Assembly (NCBI RefSeq): GCF_902459465.1
Contig: NC_047066.1
Span: 21,266,001 to 21,330,000 of the forward strand
Origin: Asterias rubens
Taxonomy: Eukaryota
Reading direction: 5' to 3'
DNA length: 64,000 bases
Shown: positions 50,882-64,000 of the stretch, one piece after another
Numbering within the stretch: position 1 is the stretch's first letter
Layout: the number at the start of each line of letters is the position of its first letter
The notes under the pieces: generated by a model
Told to the model about the DNA's origin: nothing
Seen by the model: only the letters and a program-made list of their open reading frames with translations
The model's database searches: none
Made by a program: the position numbers and the translations under genes

Positions 50882-53800
50882 AATAAAAACATAATATGAA
50901 CCCAACTTTTAAATATTATATAAAAAGTACAAAGCAATAATGTCGCGGTTCTGTTCTAACAGGACTTGAACTGGCCTAAAAACACCACCATAATTTATAG
51001 CAATGACTTCACCAAGCATGCTTGATGATCTACTCTAGTCTAATTTAGTGCAATAAACCAAAAATTCAGCCCTATAAATACCTAGAATGAGAGGGGGAAG
51101 GGAGGTGTCATGGGTTTGAATCCCACCAGAGCAGTCTGGTAAGCCTTTCTTCCCGGTAGGACTAAGGAAAGCTTGGGTAGAGCTTGTTTCAATAATTATA
51201 TTATTAAAATATTAGTATCACATCACATTCACAATACAAATAAATAGTTAAAAGTTATGATCCATATAACAATTATACCAAAAGGTAAAAAAATGGCTTT
51301 ATAAAAAAAAAAATAACTTAAAATAAAAGTATGCCAGAGACATAGATTGCAATTTACATATAAATTATAAAGGATGTAGCGGTTATAACTTACATACCAT
51401 AGGGTGTCGGTGTTGAACACGTTCTTCCTTGTTGTTGTGGCTGTTCTTCATTCACTCAACCTCAAGCATTTTCACGATAACGATTGACAGTGTGTCCACA
51501 ACGGTCACAACGACAGAACACATGCATTTGTTGTGGAATGCGGCGCTGTGATAGTGTACAATACACTGTTCCTTTTGTTGGAATTTGAAAAAATGAAGCT
51601 GTGGACATCATGGGCAATACACTCCGCACCGACCTTTACACCCGCCGTTCGAAAAAGTATGATAACAATGACACGTGCCACTATCAGGTGACCTCGCTCT
51701 ACTCTGAGCTAGCTACCCCCCCTGCTGACGGACGTTTTCAACAGCGCCCTCTGCTGACTTGTGTGGGTTTTCTTTTATTCTGACACGTCAAAACATACAA
51801 TAAAAGTTGTGGCGTTCCCAAATGGGACGGTAGCAATGCAAACACGATAGATTTTTTGTTCATTTTATTTCTGCAATAATTTGGAGGCAGATACAGAGAA
51901 TTATCTTCTTCCAATTAATTTATTTCCACTTCATTTATGTATTAATTGTATTAATTTATTTTGTGGTTTTTTTGTCAGGTTTTATTTATTTTCTTTATTA
52001 ATTTATTTTTATGTTTTTAATATTTGTATTTATTTATTTATTATTTTATTATGTTAAGGTTTTTATTTATTTAATTTTATTTACTTTATCAAAGTCAAAA
52101 TTGCCCCAGCAGGGGACTGCCACTTATTTCACTAGCCCCTTTTGTTATAGTAAACTTAAACAATTTCCTTCCACACTTGAGGATACAAAATGTTTCAATT
52201 ACCAAATTTCTAAGTTAAACAATTTAGGTATAGGCCCTAACCAAAAAAGACAATGAAGCCGCCCTGTCATTTTTATTTTTATTTGTTTACTATGTTTATT
52301 TTTATGACTATCATTCGATGGATTTTTAATTCTGCATTGCTTCCTTTAGGCCTATTATGACGTGAAAGTCAATTTAAAATAGCTCATTCACACATGCTGT
52401 GTGGGTACAAATTAAGCACATTATTTTAAATTAATGATATAACTCCTACAGGGAATCATGTTCTTAAACAGAACAATAAACTCGAGTAGTTAACCACTTA
52501 TCGTGCACAGTCATGGATGTGTGTAGAACTGGGCAAGTTTTTTTAACAGACTTCTCTTTAAAATTATGCCCCCAAAAACGGGGTGCACCAATGTCAATAA
52601 TTGTCAATAATTTTACGAGAAATTTAGAAACTTGTCATTTCGCTTTTATTACTCTGCAACTAACTAATACACAAGACAAGAAGAAGTGACGATAAAAAAT
52701 GTTGTGCTGTTTTTTTGTTCAAAATTGGACTTGCCAAACAAAAGGACAACCTTAAAATTTAATGCCGAGGAACATTAATGGAGAAATTCTCTCCTCAATA
52801 AAATAATTAAGAGCACAGAGAGTCAGACATAATGGTAAATCTCTTGAGAAACTAAAAGTGGTGTCAATACTACTACTAGGAGGGAGACATGAGTTCGGTC
52901 GAACAGTAGACGACAGCGCCCCGTAGCTTTTGTACACATGTCGCGAGCAGACGATAACGCCCCGTAGTATGTGTACAATTCACGGGTCCGAACGAGTTGC
53001 GTTTCTGCAGCGAGAGTCACAGGTTGTCATTTTTTCTTTCATACAAACTAGAGTTTTTGTCAACATTTATGGCCAAATAATCATCCATTATTTGTCTATA
53101 TTCCCTACATGTACATGTGAAGTGGTAGAATTCTTATTTCAGTGGTTGAAAAAGGTAAAATAACATGAATTTCGTGACTTACCGGTTTGTTGGTCCGAGG
53201 GTGTTGCTGTTTTTCGCACGTGCGTTTCCTATGTGACATGTGGGAGTGTTTACGTTGTGTGCATAGTTCGCATACTTCACAAGCGAAGTCCGTGACGTAA
53301 GCTTTTGTTGGCCAATCAAGTATCAGTACGGGCTACATGTGCGTTTGCGCACTGCGACATGTACTACATCACGTGCATTGATCTCCATACTAGTTGTATA
53401 ATATGTATAATGAGATCAATGATCACGTGCCTTTCTATTTATACTACTATTCTAGTTATTATTTTAAAACAATTTAATTAAGACTTGTTTAGATTAATTG
53501 TTTTACTTGTTCTTTCTATTAATAATTATAATAGTTGAAGAACAAGTTACTTCTCTGTTTCCCACATTTCATGACTGGTTTGTTTGGGGGGGGGGGGGGG
53601 GGGCGGCGAGGGGTGTCATTTTTCGTGAAGGGGTGTGTTAGATTATGCAAATCACATGATCACTGACTGCCGTCGTCCACCCATGGCACATACTGCTTGA
53701 TGCTGTGCTTAAGTAAAAATTTAGCGGGGCACCAGTTAAGTCCATGTCACAACATTGTAAACTTAGTGTAATTTTTGTTGGCAATCTGTTTCTGTTAAGC

Positions 53801-55727
53801 AAGACTTTTCTGTGCTTAGCATTTTTTTGTGCTTTCAGGCTCTATGAAAATGCTCCCATGTGTTTGCCATGATGCAAAAACATTGGTTCATGTACCCGAC
53901 TGGGGAAATGTAACATAACGCATTAATTAGTTTGTTAAAATAAAGTTCAGTCACTTAAAGAATAGGGTAAATGACAATCAGAACAAAAAATATGTTATAT
54001 ATTTGGTGTTTTATTTTGAAAAAAATAAATAAATAATCAGGATATTATAACTCACAATTCTGTTATATTTGTTTAATTCTTTTTTCTTTCTTCAAAATAT
54101 AAAATGAGACCAGCTTAGTTGACCCTGGACACCAAAAGTATCTTCCCAAATCAGTTGATTTTACTGTAGATGCAAGAGCTTTAAGGTAAAATTTCAGGCC
54201 AGCTGGGCCTCTCACGTCTGTTTAATTAGTTTATGATACCATGAAGGTAGAGCAGCTACTATATAAATATGCTATACACACAGGGGCAAGCTACACTTCT
54301 TTACAATTCCAAACCAGATTATTTAACGTGCATTACACAATGCGCACAGGATCTTTGGCTTAATAAAAGATGATGTAAATATGGTTAAATGCCATGAATG
54401 GCATGAGTGCCATGACTGTCCCAAACTCAAACACTGACAACAACAGGGCCTAACTCCATAGAGCTGCTTATAAGCAGAGAATTATGCTTAGCAACTTTCT
54501 GTTCAGCAAAAAATAAATATGATGTGATGGCAGTGGCAATAAATATGCACGTACAGTCACAGTATAAGAGTGCATCATTTCGGACACAGCCACAAGCCAG
54601 CAATAATCATGGCGTCCCACTGAATTATTTAAAAACATTGATTAACAAATTTTGATTACCCTTGGGGAAAAATTAACTTCAAACTTAAGTATAAGCTTCT
54701 AAAAATGGTTTTAGTAGTTACAAAAATATTCCTGTTGACTTCACTCTGTATACAAAATAACATTATTGCATGCAAAAACTTAAACAACAACCACCTTATG
54801 ACAATACCAGTAATTCTTACAGATGTCTTATAGTAAACCTACCAAGTTAGTGTTAGAAGTTCTAACTAAACAAAGAAGGTTTTAACCAAAAAATAATATG
54901 CTATAATACTTTTTCTTCAAATAAAACTATATGCAAATTTGGCAAACAAAATGAAACTGAAACTATGCATAATGAACTAAGAACCAATGAGTTTTGTAGA
55001 TTAAAAGATGAAAAGGTGGGATGTCTATTGCTTTAAACTTCTTCCATTTAGGAAAAACTTAAAGATAATAATTTTTTTTTGGTGCCCTATAAAATTACCA
55101 CCCCAACACCCTGCTGACCCATGATTAACGGTCAACGAAGTGCGGAATTCCCTTCTTCCGTAAGCGCCAATTCTTTGCTTACAGTAAACGTTGAAACACC
55201 TTGAGCGTCACTGAGTAATGGATATGAGTGTTAAAAGCCACTACTATTAGAGTTAGAACCCAAATTACCCAACATCAAACAAAAAGTCTACTAAAACATG
55301 ATCACCAGACATATGCCACTAACTCAAGGTAATCTGTGACCAGGATCCTGCTATTTTTGCTAAGCAGAAAATGGGTTAGGAATATTTATGCTGCTTTGTT
55401 TACATTACCATGTATTCAATATTCTTGAAACTGTTGTGTACATTTTTAAAGTTGGTTAAAAAGTTTAGCTACGTTTTACACACATTATTTGTAAATACAC
55501 ATCAATTGATTTGCTTAAAACCAAACGAATATATATGTCAAACAAATAATTTGTTTACCACCAGTGGGGCAATTTCATGAAGCTGACTAAGCAGAAGATA
55601 GCTTAATACATTTCAGCAATGCACAAATTTGCAGGAACCAGCCACAAGTAGTACATCAACTTAGTAGTTTAACCGGTAACCTTATTCTGGTAAGCAAAAT
55701 TGTCTTGTCCTTAATTACTTTTTGTGC

Positions 55728-56119
55728 TTAAAGGAACACATTGCCTTGGATCGGTCGAGTTGGTCTTTGAAAAGCGTTCGTAACCGTTTTTTTATATAAT
55801 GCATATAGGTAGAAAGATGTTGTGAAAGTAGAATACAATGATCCACATAAACATGCCTCGAAATTGCACGGTTTTCCTTTTACCTCGTCGACTAACACGG
55901 TCGGCCATTTATGGGAGTCAAGTTTTTGACTCCCATAAATGGCCGACCGTGTTAGTTCGCACAGTAAAAGGAAAACCACGCAATTTCGAGGCAAACTTGT
56001 GTGGATCATTGTATTCTACTTTTAAAACATCTTTCCAACCATATGCACTTTATAACAAACAGTTATAACAAACTTTTTATAGACCAACTCGTCCGATCCA
56101 AGGCAACATGTTCCTTTAA
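55728..56119. mobile_element. TTAA-flanked palindromic MITE (family D) nested inside a family E MITE
   Basis: ttaaaggaacacattgccttggatcgg / ccgatccaaggcaacatgttcctttaa, with family E sequence on both sides. Confidence 0.88.
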
Positions 56120-57184
56120 AAGGAGCTTTATGAAATTGTGCTCTGTACTACTTCTGACTACTTCAAGGAACTACCTCGTCAAAAGTAAACCATTGGAGTT
56201 CAGAAATGAATTTTCTTCAATTATATATATATAATTATAATACAATTTTACTTCTCATAAGCACTTCATAATAGTGAGTCGTTTAAGTTTTTCAAACAAT
56301 GTTCACCACAAGTAAAACATTATATACCATGATAAAAGATAATACCATCAGAAAAAAAGAGCACAACAAATGTTACAACAGAAACCCATAACCCTGTTCT
56401 GTCCCCCCCCCCCTTAAAAAAAATGAAATAAAATAAGTAAAACCAAACATAAGATAGATGAAAAAATGAAAACATTATTACCTGTTTTTCATCTCCACAA
56501 AGTAAAGGCTATCGGCTGTTAAAGTGCCTTAAAATATGTAACTGTTTTTCCCACAATTCTGAGGTTAAAAAAATTGCCAAGTAGATACTAGACTTTCGAT
56601 ATGGTTTCGATCGAAAATGTGAAAAGCTGAAGCAACATTTTTAGGTTGCATGGGCTTTAGACGGTAGTTTCACAATGTAAAATTTCATCATGATTAAAAT
56701 CTCTGTATACACAGCTTCTGTATACTCTCTTCTGAAAAATAAAAACTTCCTCCTGTTGAAATATTGCTTTGCGCTTTTGAAAGACTCAAATATTTAAAGG
56801 TCTGTATACGTCTGGTAACTTGACTCTGAAAATAAATGACAGTACAAACTTATTTGGTACAAAGTACAGCAGCTTTAAATAGAATAATGCTTTTTGAGAA
56901 ACTTTGCACCTTGAAGTACTGTGGTTAGTGAAAAATATATCTATTTTTTGTGCACAAATTTGAATCTGAGAAGCGTACTGTTATAAGGCTTATGAGATTG
57001 TGTATTCCGGTTAAAGATTATTCTTCCTGCATGTATTAAACCGCTCTAGATTTTCAACATCTCAAGAATGCCACCACCTTTCGCATAGAAATTTTCACAG
57101 TTTAGTTTTATGGTATGTATACAACTATGATTGAAAAAAAAAACAGTGGGTTCAAATGACCAAACGTATACAATCCCTTCAAAA

Positions 57185-60100
57185 TCATACCACTGTCGGT
57201 TTGTGAAACATCTTCCCTTGTTGAATCCTATTTTTGAGTTCCATCCAGAGGAGTTGACGTTCCTTCTTGACCCCCTTCAGCATTCCTCGGTTCTCTAAGG
57301 CTCGTCTTGAGAGGTACGGTAAGACATCCTCCACTGGACCATAAGGAAGGTATTTATAAACAGCATAGTTTGACTGTCCTGTAATGAGAAACACATCAAG
57401 GTTAACGGCAGTGGACACTATTGGTAATTACTCAAAATAATTATCAGCATAAAACCTCACTTAGTAATGAGTAATGGGGAGAAGTTGAAAGTGTAAAACA
57501 TTGTGAGAAACGGCTCCCTCTGAGGTGACGTAGTTTTCTTTTGAGACCTCAAGTTTAGAGGTTGATGTCTTGAAATCAAGCATCTGAAAGCACACAGCTT
57601 CGTGTGACAAGGGTGTTTTTTTCTTTCACACTTATCTCGCATCTCCGACGACCAATCAAGCTCAAATTTTCACAGGTTTGTTGTTTTATGCATGGGGAGA
57701 GATACACAAAGTGAGAAGACTGGTCTTTGACAATTACCAATGGTGTCCAGTGTCTTTAAGGCATGCAGGCAACTTTTGTAATGGTTGTCTCATTCAGTCA
57801 GATTGGCTCAGTGGTTTGTGTCCCTGCCTTTGCCCTCTGTGGACCCCGGTTCGAACCCGGACCGGAGCCTAGCACGTAAAGTGTCATGGCAGGGAGTCAA
57901 ACCCACACTCTACTGATCAGAAACACCAGACCTTGAATCCAGTGCTCTTAACTAGACTATGACAAGCCACAAAATGTAGGAAAGTAAAATTAAAACCTGA
58001 TTGTCTACTGATTAAAAGTCTTTGATGTTTGTATATTTTTTTAAACAGGGAATTTACGTAAAACTTTACAGTGCTTGTTCTGCTTAACCACATCATACAT
58101 CAGGCATTGGTGACAATCACTACACCAAGTCTTCCCATTTAGATGCAAGGAAACATACTTTGCTTTCAAAATTCCTGTCAAGTACTAACCAGGCTTTAAA
58201 AACCTCAACGAATCTTAAATTATAGGGTTTGGAATTAATTGAGTAGCTTACCCAGAGGAAAGGAGACCTGGTCACACATTCCAAGCAGCTGTCCAAAGTA
58301 CACCAGACGATCTCCTGGCTTGATGTTCAACTCTTGCATTCTACATAAAATAACAGTCTACATTAAACAGTCTGGCATAAATTACACTCCTGGCGCTGAA
58401 ATATCCAATCTGGTAGAGCTTGTTAAGAATGATTTTGTATGACGAAGCAACCATAATAAAACACCTTGAAAGGTTGGCAATAGGAGGTAGCCAGACCACA
58501 CCGCGTACACCCCCTTTTCTTAGCAACAAGTGTACTGGGTTCTTTTACTTGCATCACACATTACTATCATAGGCTTTACATGTACATGTAGGTCCCATCT
58601 AAACAACTAAGCAATCAAGGTGAAGTGTCTTGCTTCAGAACACAATGTGTCAAGACCAGGACTAGAACCCACACACAACAAGACAACAAATTTATATGTT
58701 GAAACAGCTAATTTTGATCCGTGTCTTTTTATGTCTTTTTTCATTTTGACTAAGGTCATGCGACAACAAATTCGGAACCATACGAAAAGGCTTGCGGTAA
58801 CACCATGTAATGACTATCTCTCGTTGAGTCGGGGTGGCTCTGAAAAGAACCGTTCGTTTCAACTCGACGTCTCGATCAATATGCTCTGGAGACTTTTAGA
58901 CCAGTAAAAATTCCGAGCAACAAGCTCGTCGGTCTTGTGAATTATGTCCCCCATCTCGATCCCCGTTTAATACAGCCTTGGTAACATGAGTCAACTTTCA
59001 CTGGCAACTTGGAGGCAACCAACTGCAGTGCAAGAAAATGGAACACATTCTCAAGCAATGCCTTATACTATCCCCAAGAAAAATGTGAATATTCAAATCA
59101 TAATGTAAATGCCTTTCCTTCATGGACATTGCTTGCAAATTGCCTTCTATGACTTGACCCTAAGGGCCTTGTCACACGAGGCAACTTTTGCAGGCAACTC
59201 GGAGGCAACCAACTACAGTGCATACTACATGACCACTTTGGTAGCACATGAGTAAATTTTAAAACATTGTCTTACGATCTTCAAAAAAACAATTTTAACA
59301 ATCAAAATGGGAATGCCTTTTCTTCTTGGAGATTGCCTGGAACTGGTTGCTCGCAAATTGCCTTCTATGACATGACCCTAACACTAAACCTACCTCTCAA
59401 CAGCAAATCGTATCGTTCCCTCATTGTGTGTCGCAACCATAGTATTGACCTTTCCTCTTGTGTGTATTGTATGCAGCATGTAATCCAAGCATTGATGATA
59501 CATAGCACCAGTTGCTTCATAGTTATCATTAATGGGGTCATCGTAGCCAACTTCCTTTGCTCTCTTTCTCTCTTGATCCATGTAGGCACCGCGGACGAGC
59601 TTGGCACCAAAGTGGAACTCTTCACGGTTGGCAAGCTCCATGTCTACCTTGAGATTGTTGAAGGTTTGCTTTTAGGGGAACAACAATTATAATAATAATA
59701 GTAATGCATTTATAATGCGCTCTCTATCTAGTGTACAAGACCCTATTCTGAGGCCTAGAAGAAATTGGTGGCAGCGGTGGGATTTTTTAAATAATTATTC
59801 AATATTTCTGCTGATATAAAATAGTATATTTGCACTACTCTTCTCTTTTTGTATATACGCCAGTAGCATAGAAAAAATGGCCCCAAGCCAAAGTTATTAT
59901 ATTAACTTCCTGGCTCTATTGAACATTCCCTTGTCATTTTGAATATTGTCTTACTCTGTATTGTACTATTGTCATGTGTTAATGTCAAAAACAAAAATTA
60001 AAAAATATACAAAATATAAAAAAATAAAGCTTGCTTCGGTGATCATAACTCTGGCACATCATCATTTTCGCTTATTTAGGCATGGATTATTCTACATTGG

Positions 60101-62722
60101 TTGGTTCGTCTCGTGTTCTTTCAAACAATTACTCAAAACCTATTTGCTCACAGTCAAATCCAAACTTTAAAATTCTTATGCACACCTCAATTAACACTCA
60201 TTCTTTGTGCATAAACCTACCTACCTTCAAATAGCACTGGTATGTGTTGAAGATAATGGGTCTTTCCTTGTTGAATTTCCGCATGAGTTCAACAGTGAGT
60301 CTGTTTATGGCAGGTTGGAAGTATGTTTGCTCAGCATCAATCATTAACCGTACTCCTTTATCACGAGCTCTCTGAATAGAAACAATTCCAGACAAATATT
60401 AACTTATTTTGTTACCCATATACACCGACGTGTGTTAGCACTGTATACTCAGTACTTTCCCGAGTCCTGTGAAAAAATATCACAGGCATGTTACTAGGGT
60501 GGGATTCGAACCCACAACCCTTGCAATTCTAGAGCAGTGTCTCTAGCTACCGGGCAACCTCGGTAGTCTAGACACTGCTCAAGAATTGCAAGGGTCGTGG
60601 GTTCGAATCCCACCCGAGTAACATGCCTGTGATATTTTTTCACAGGACTCGGGAAAGTACTGAGTATACAGTGCTAACACACATCGGTGTATATGGGTAA
60701 AAAACTAAGTTAATACTCTTTATCCCCGATGCAACTTTAACATATTCCAGACAAATAAATGCATGCAATCGGATCCTTGTCACTCCATTTGGGTTATCTA
60801 TTCTCCTGTTAGACAAGTGAAATTCCTATCTGATAGCAGGCATGGGGTTAAACAGATGCCAAAGGCCCCATGCACTTGGCCCAATTTCATAGAGCAAAAA
60901 GTAGCCTAGCACAATCAACTTAAGCTTACCAAAATCGGGTTACCAGCGAAGATACCAAGTCATTTGTGCAACATATGGCTGGTTTACTGCTTATGTTTGC
61001 TAAACAGAACATTTTTAAGTACTGTTTTCTGCTTAAAGACAGTGGACACTATTGGTAATTGTCAAAGACCAGTCTTCTCACTTGCTGTGTCTCAACATAA
61101 GCATAAAAAACAACCCTGTGAAAACTTGAGCTCAATCGGTCATCGAAGTTGCGAGATAATAATGAAAGAAAAAACACCATTGTCACACAAAGTTGTGTGC
61201 TTCAGATGCTTGATTTCGAGACCTCAAATTCTAAATCTGATGTCCTGAAATCAAATTCGTGGAAAATTACTTCTTTCTCATAAACTACGCCACTTTCTCA
61301 CAACGTTCTATACTACCAACCTCTCCCCACTACTTGTTACCAAGTAAGGTTTTATGCTTATGTTTGCTAAACAGAGCATTTTTAAGCACTGTTTTCTGCT
61401 TAAAGGCTCTGGGCACTTTTGGTAATTGTCAAAGACCAGCCTTCTCACTTTGTGTATCTCAACATGTGCATAAAATAACAAACCTGTGTAAATTTAAAAT
61501 CAATTGGTCGGGTGGATTTTTAATTGAGTTTTGAAAGAGCTTGGGGTATTATTGACTATTTGCCCAGTTGCTGCAAAAGCTTTAGAGCCTTCATTTGTAC
61601 ATGTGTATGACCTAAGTGTAGTTTAATTGTAAACCAAATTCCTTTAGTCTTTTACTTTTATTTGGTGATGTATTTTTTTAAATAAACCAAAATTAAATTG
61701 AATTGTATGACATGTTATTTCATAAACTGTCTGTCAGTTCCACTAGATCTTTTCCAACCTACCTTGGCCAAGGTGTTGATTCGAGCCAACATTCTTTTCA
61801 TCTGTAACTCTTCTTCTTCTGTTAATATAAGCTGCAATGGCTCCAAATGGCCTCGCTAAAAGATGACACACAACACAACACTGATAAGACCCATAGACTA
61901 AATACCAATACAAGAGTTTTATACAGCGCACCTATATGCCATACTTGCATGCCTGCCAACATTGATACCTCAGAAATAGGAATACCAGTTGTAAGAGTGC
62001 ACAGATAGCGAGGCAAGAATTCGTGCGAGTAAAGATCATTAAAATTCGTTGTAAATCTAAACAGTTGACAGGTATGTGCTTATGGGTAAAGAACTGTTCT
62101 TTATGTTCATAGAATGTGCTCAACTTCCTTACAGTTTAAAGCCATTGGACCCTTTCGGTAAACAGTATTGTCCAAGGCCCACACTTCGTGTATCACAACT
62201 TCTATATCAAATAACAAACCTGTGAAAATTTGGGCTTGATCGGTCATCGGAGTTGGGAGAAAATAACGGGAAAACCCACCCTTGTATCCGCGCGTTTCGC
62301 CGTGTCATGACATGTGTTTAAAATAAATCCGTAATTCTCGTTAACGAGAATTGATATTGTTTTACTGTTTTCTCAAAAAGTAAAGCATTTCATGGAATAA
62401 TATTTCAAGAGAAGTATTTCACCACTACCTTCTGTAAACCCTGTAAGTTATTTGTAAATCTGTGAACTTTTTTTTTGTTTTCTGTACCGAAAGGGTCCAA
62501 TGGCTTTAACTAGAACATTGCTTATGATGAGCTACGCTTATAAAAAACTGTGTTTTAGGCTGCTCAGGAACAGAAAAGTTTCTGGCTTCACGGCTCTATG
62601 AACAATGAGTTTGAAATGCACTTAAAACAATATATCTTACCTCTATTCTGGGAACTTTGAAGATTTTGGTGAGCTTTATGTCCGGTTCCATCAACCTATC
62701 CCAGTCCAGAAGGTCGATACGT
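57185..62722 (-). CDS. PRODH: Proline dehydrogenase 1, mitochondrial (3' six exons; 5' part off window)
   Basis: Exons 62641-62722, 61763-61855, 60225-60371 ([14 protein letters not shown]), 59394-59668 ([16 protein letters not shown]), 58252-58340 ([10 protein letters not shown]), 57185-57378 ([23 protein letters not shown]). GT-AG with consistent phases. Confidence 0.96.
57402..57759. mobile_element. TTAA-flanked MITE, family A (last PRODH intron, 24 nt from the acceptor)
   Basis: ttaacggcagtggacactattggtaatt ... aattaccaatggtgtccagtgtctttaa. Confidence 0.85.
57798..57970. mobile_element. Two opposed tRNA-derived SINE heads
   Basis: The + strand has A box TGGCTCAGTGG and B box GGTTCGAACCC without a full cloverleaf. 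The - strand has a second SINE head (cactggattcaaggtctggtgtttctgatcag), also seen at ~50125-50175. Confidence 0.6.
60385..60757. mobile_element. Inverted partial SINE plus near full-length SINE flanked by a 14-bp TSD
   Basis: attccagacaaata at 60385-60398 and 60744-60757. The - strand arm (60399-60542) is complementary to the + strand copy (60541-60743). Confidence 0.88.
61033..61500. mobile_element. Family A MITE (reverse orientation, truncated) inside a family E MITE, followed by a diverged repeat of the same junction
   Basis: ttatgtttgctaaacag..ttttctgc-TTAA-agacagtggacac at 60990-61083, and again with substitutions at 61359-61450. Confidence 0.75.
62136..62509. mobile_element. TTAA-flanked MITE, family B
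   Basis: ttaaagccattggaccctttcgg / ccgaaagggtccaatggctttaa. Confidence 0.88.
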
Positions 62723-63480
62723 CTGAAAAACCACACCAAAGTATTTATCAGTAACAGTCACTGAAGGGCAAGTGCATCAAGTTTGTCAAACCATTGAATG
62801 GTATACACATAATGAATGTTTATGAGTGCAATGGTGCGAGTATGTTCATGAGTTGAAAGATGGAATGTTCTATTCAACGAGGCGGAGCCGAGTTGAATGG
62901 GACATTGCAGCTTTCAACGAATGAACATAATTCACACCATTGTACGAATGAAAAACATTCATTATTTGTTTTATATAATATCCAAGTAGATCTTTGTCAT
63001 TTTGATTGAAAGATACAACTTTCAAAACAAACAAAGCGTAGACCTACAATTTTTAATTGTAGAAGCCGAATGCTAGTAATTTTACTAATATGCCTTGCAG
63101 TAACCCTGCTTTGTTACTAAAGACACGCAGTGATGTTTTTTCCCAGCTTTTTCGTTCCATCCGAAAAGTACCATTGCACGCTGGCATCGTGCAATGGTAC
63201 TTTTCGGATGGAACGAAAAAGCACGGTGAGTGACTCAGCGTGCAATGGTACTTTTATTTGCTATCACGTGAAGGACAATCCTCCAATCAAATGGCAAGGA
63301 TCTGCTTGGGTGTTATATAATAGATACTACTGTGATTTGATTGGACACAGCATTGTAAAATGTTACCATTGCTAAACTCAAAGCAAAACTGCCTGGGAAG
63401 CAAAATTTTCCAGCTTCCTTGATTGATACCAAGGCCACATCCAAATCAGCAACTACATGTACAGCTACAGTCACATCTCA

Positions 63481-63680
63481 GGGCCCAATTTCATAGAGCT
63501 GCTAAGCACAAAATGTTGCTAAGCACAACAAAATGATGCTTAAACTAGAATAAGGATACCAGCCAACATACAGCCATTCCACATGACGTACAATTTATAA
63601 CTGGTATCCTTCTCCCTTTCGCTTAGCAGAAAATTGTTAAGCAATATTTCCTGCTTAAGCAGCTTTATGAAACTGGGCCC
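63481..63680. mobile_element. MITE family E
   Basis: gggcccaatttcatagagctgc ... gcagctttatgaaactgggccc. Confidence 0.85.
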
Positions 63681-64000
63681 TGTTGCTATGAGGATGTAGG
63701 TATAATCCATGTATGGAGGTCTAATTTATTCCTCCATGATACATGTATGTTTTTCAATGACTTTTTTGTAAACTGTGCATTTCGGCTTTTTAGCCGCTGT
63801 ATTGCAGTGTTTTAATAAATAAACCATGAATATATATATGTCAACATGTGTCAAGGCCACGATCTAGTCACGGCTGTAGCTGCCAACAAAACAGCTGCAA
63901 TGAGATGATGGCATAAAATTAACTTCATTTTCAGGATGCGCTTGAAAATGGAGTAGATGCCGGAACTGGGCTTTTATTAGTCATCCAATATAAATAATAA

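Noticed and set aside
51229-51616. Additional Ly6 coding exon
   Set aside because: No frame gives a signal peptide in phase with the downstream exons, and the 50472-50534 exon supplies the ATG. It is probably 5' UTR.
57798-57870. tRNA gene
   Set aside because: A and B boxes are present, but there is no acceptor stem or complete cloverleaf; better explained as a SINE head. The same applies to GGTTCGAATCCC at 17.4 and 60.5-60.6 kb.

Overview
Eukaryotic, AT-rich, intron-containing DNA. The repeat families and gene style suggest an echinoderm, probably a sea star; this is inference. Seven spliced protein-coding genes could be reconstructed by hand using GT-AG boundaries with consistent phases. 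(1) A tandem array of at least four same-strand (-) Cys-loop ligand-gated ion channel genes spans 1-23.6 kb; copy 1 runs off the left edge. They are nAChR alpha9/alpha10-like in structure but lack the loop-C vicinal cysteines. (2) A secreted alpha-carbonic anhydrase (+, 38.3-45.1 kb) keeps its Zn ligands but has lost the His64 proton shuttle. (3) A GPI-anchored Ly6/uPAR three-finger protein lies on the - strand (49.0-50.5 kb). (4) The 3' part of proline dehydrogenase PRODH lies on the - strand (57.2-62.7 kb, 5' end off-window). The rest is dense in MITEs (many TTAA-flanked, Kolobok-like), tRNA-derived SINEs and minisatellites. The main lead is the receptor array. The paralogs keep most of the aromatic box and a cation-type pore. 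Their ligand-binding loops C, E and F are more divergent than the normally fast-evolving cytoplasmic loop, and exon 2 shows gene conversion. This fits an expanding, non-ACh, possibly chemosensory receptor family analogous to cephalopod chemotactile receptors. A Lynx/sleepless-type Ly6 gene lies about 25 kb away. No ligand, expression or orthology claim can be confirmed from sequence alone.
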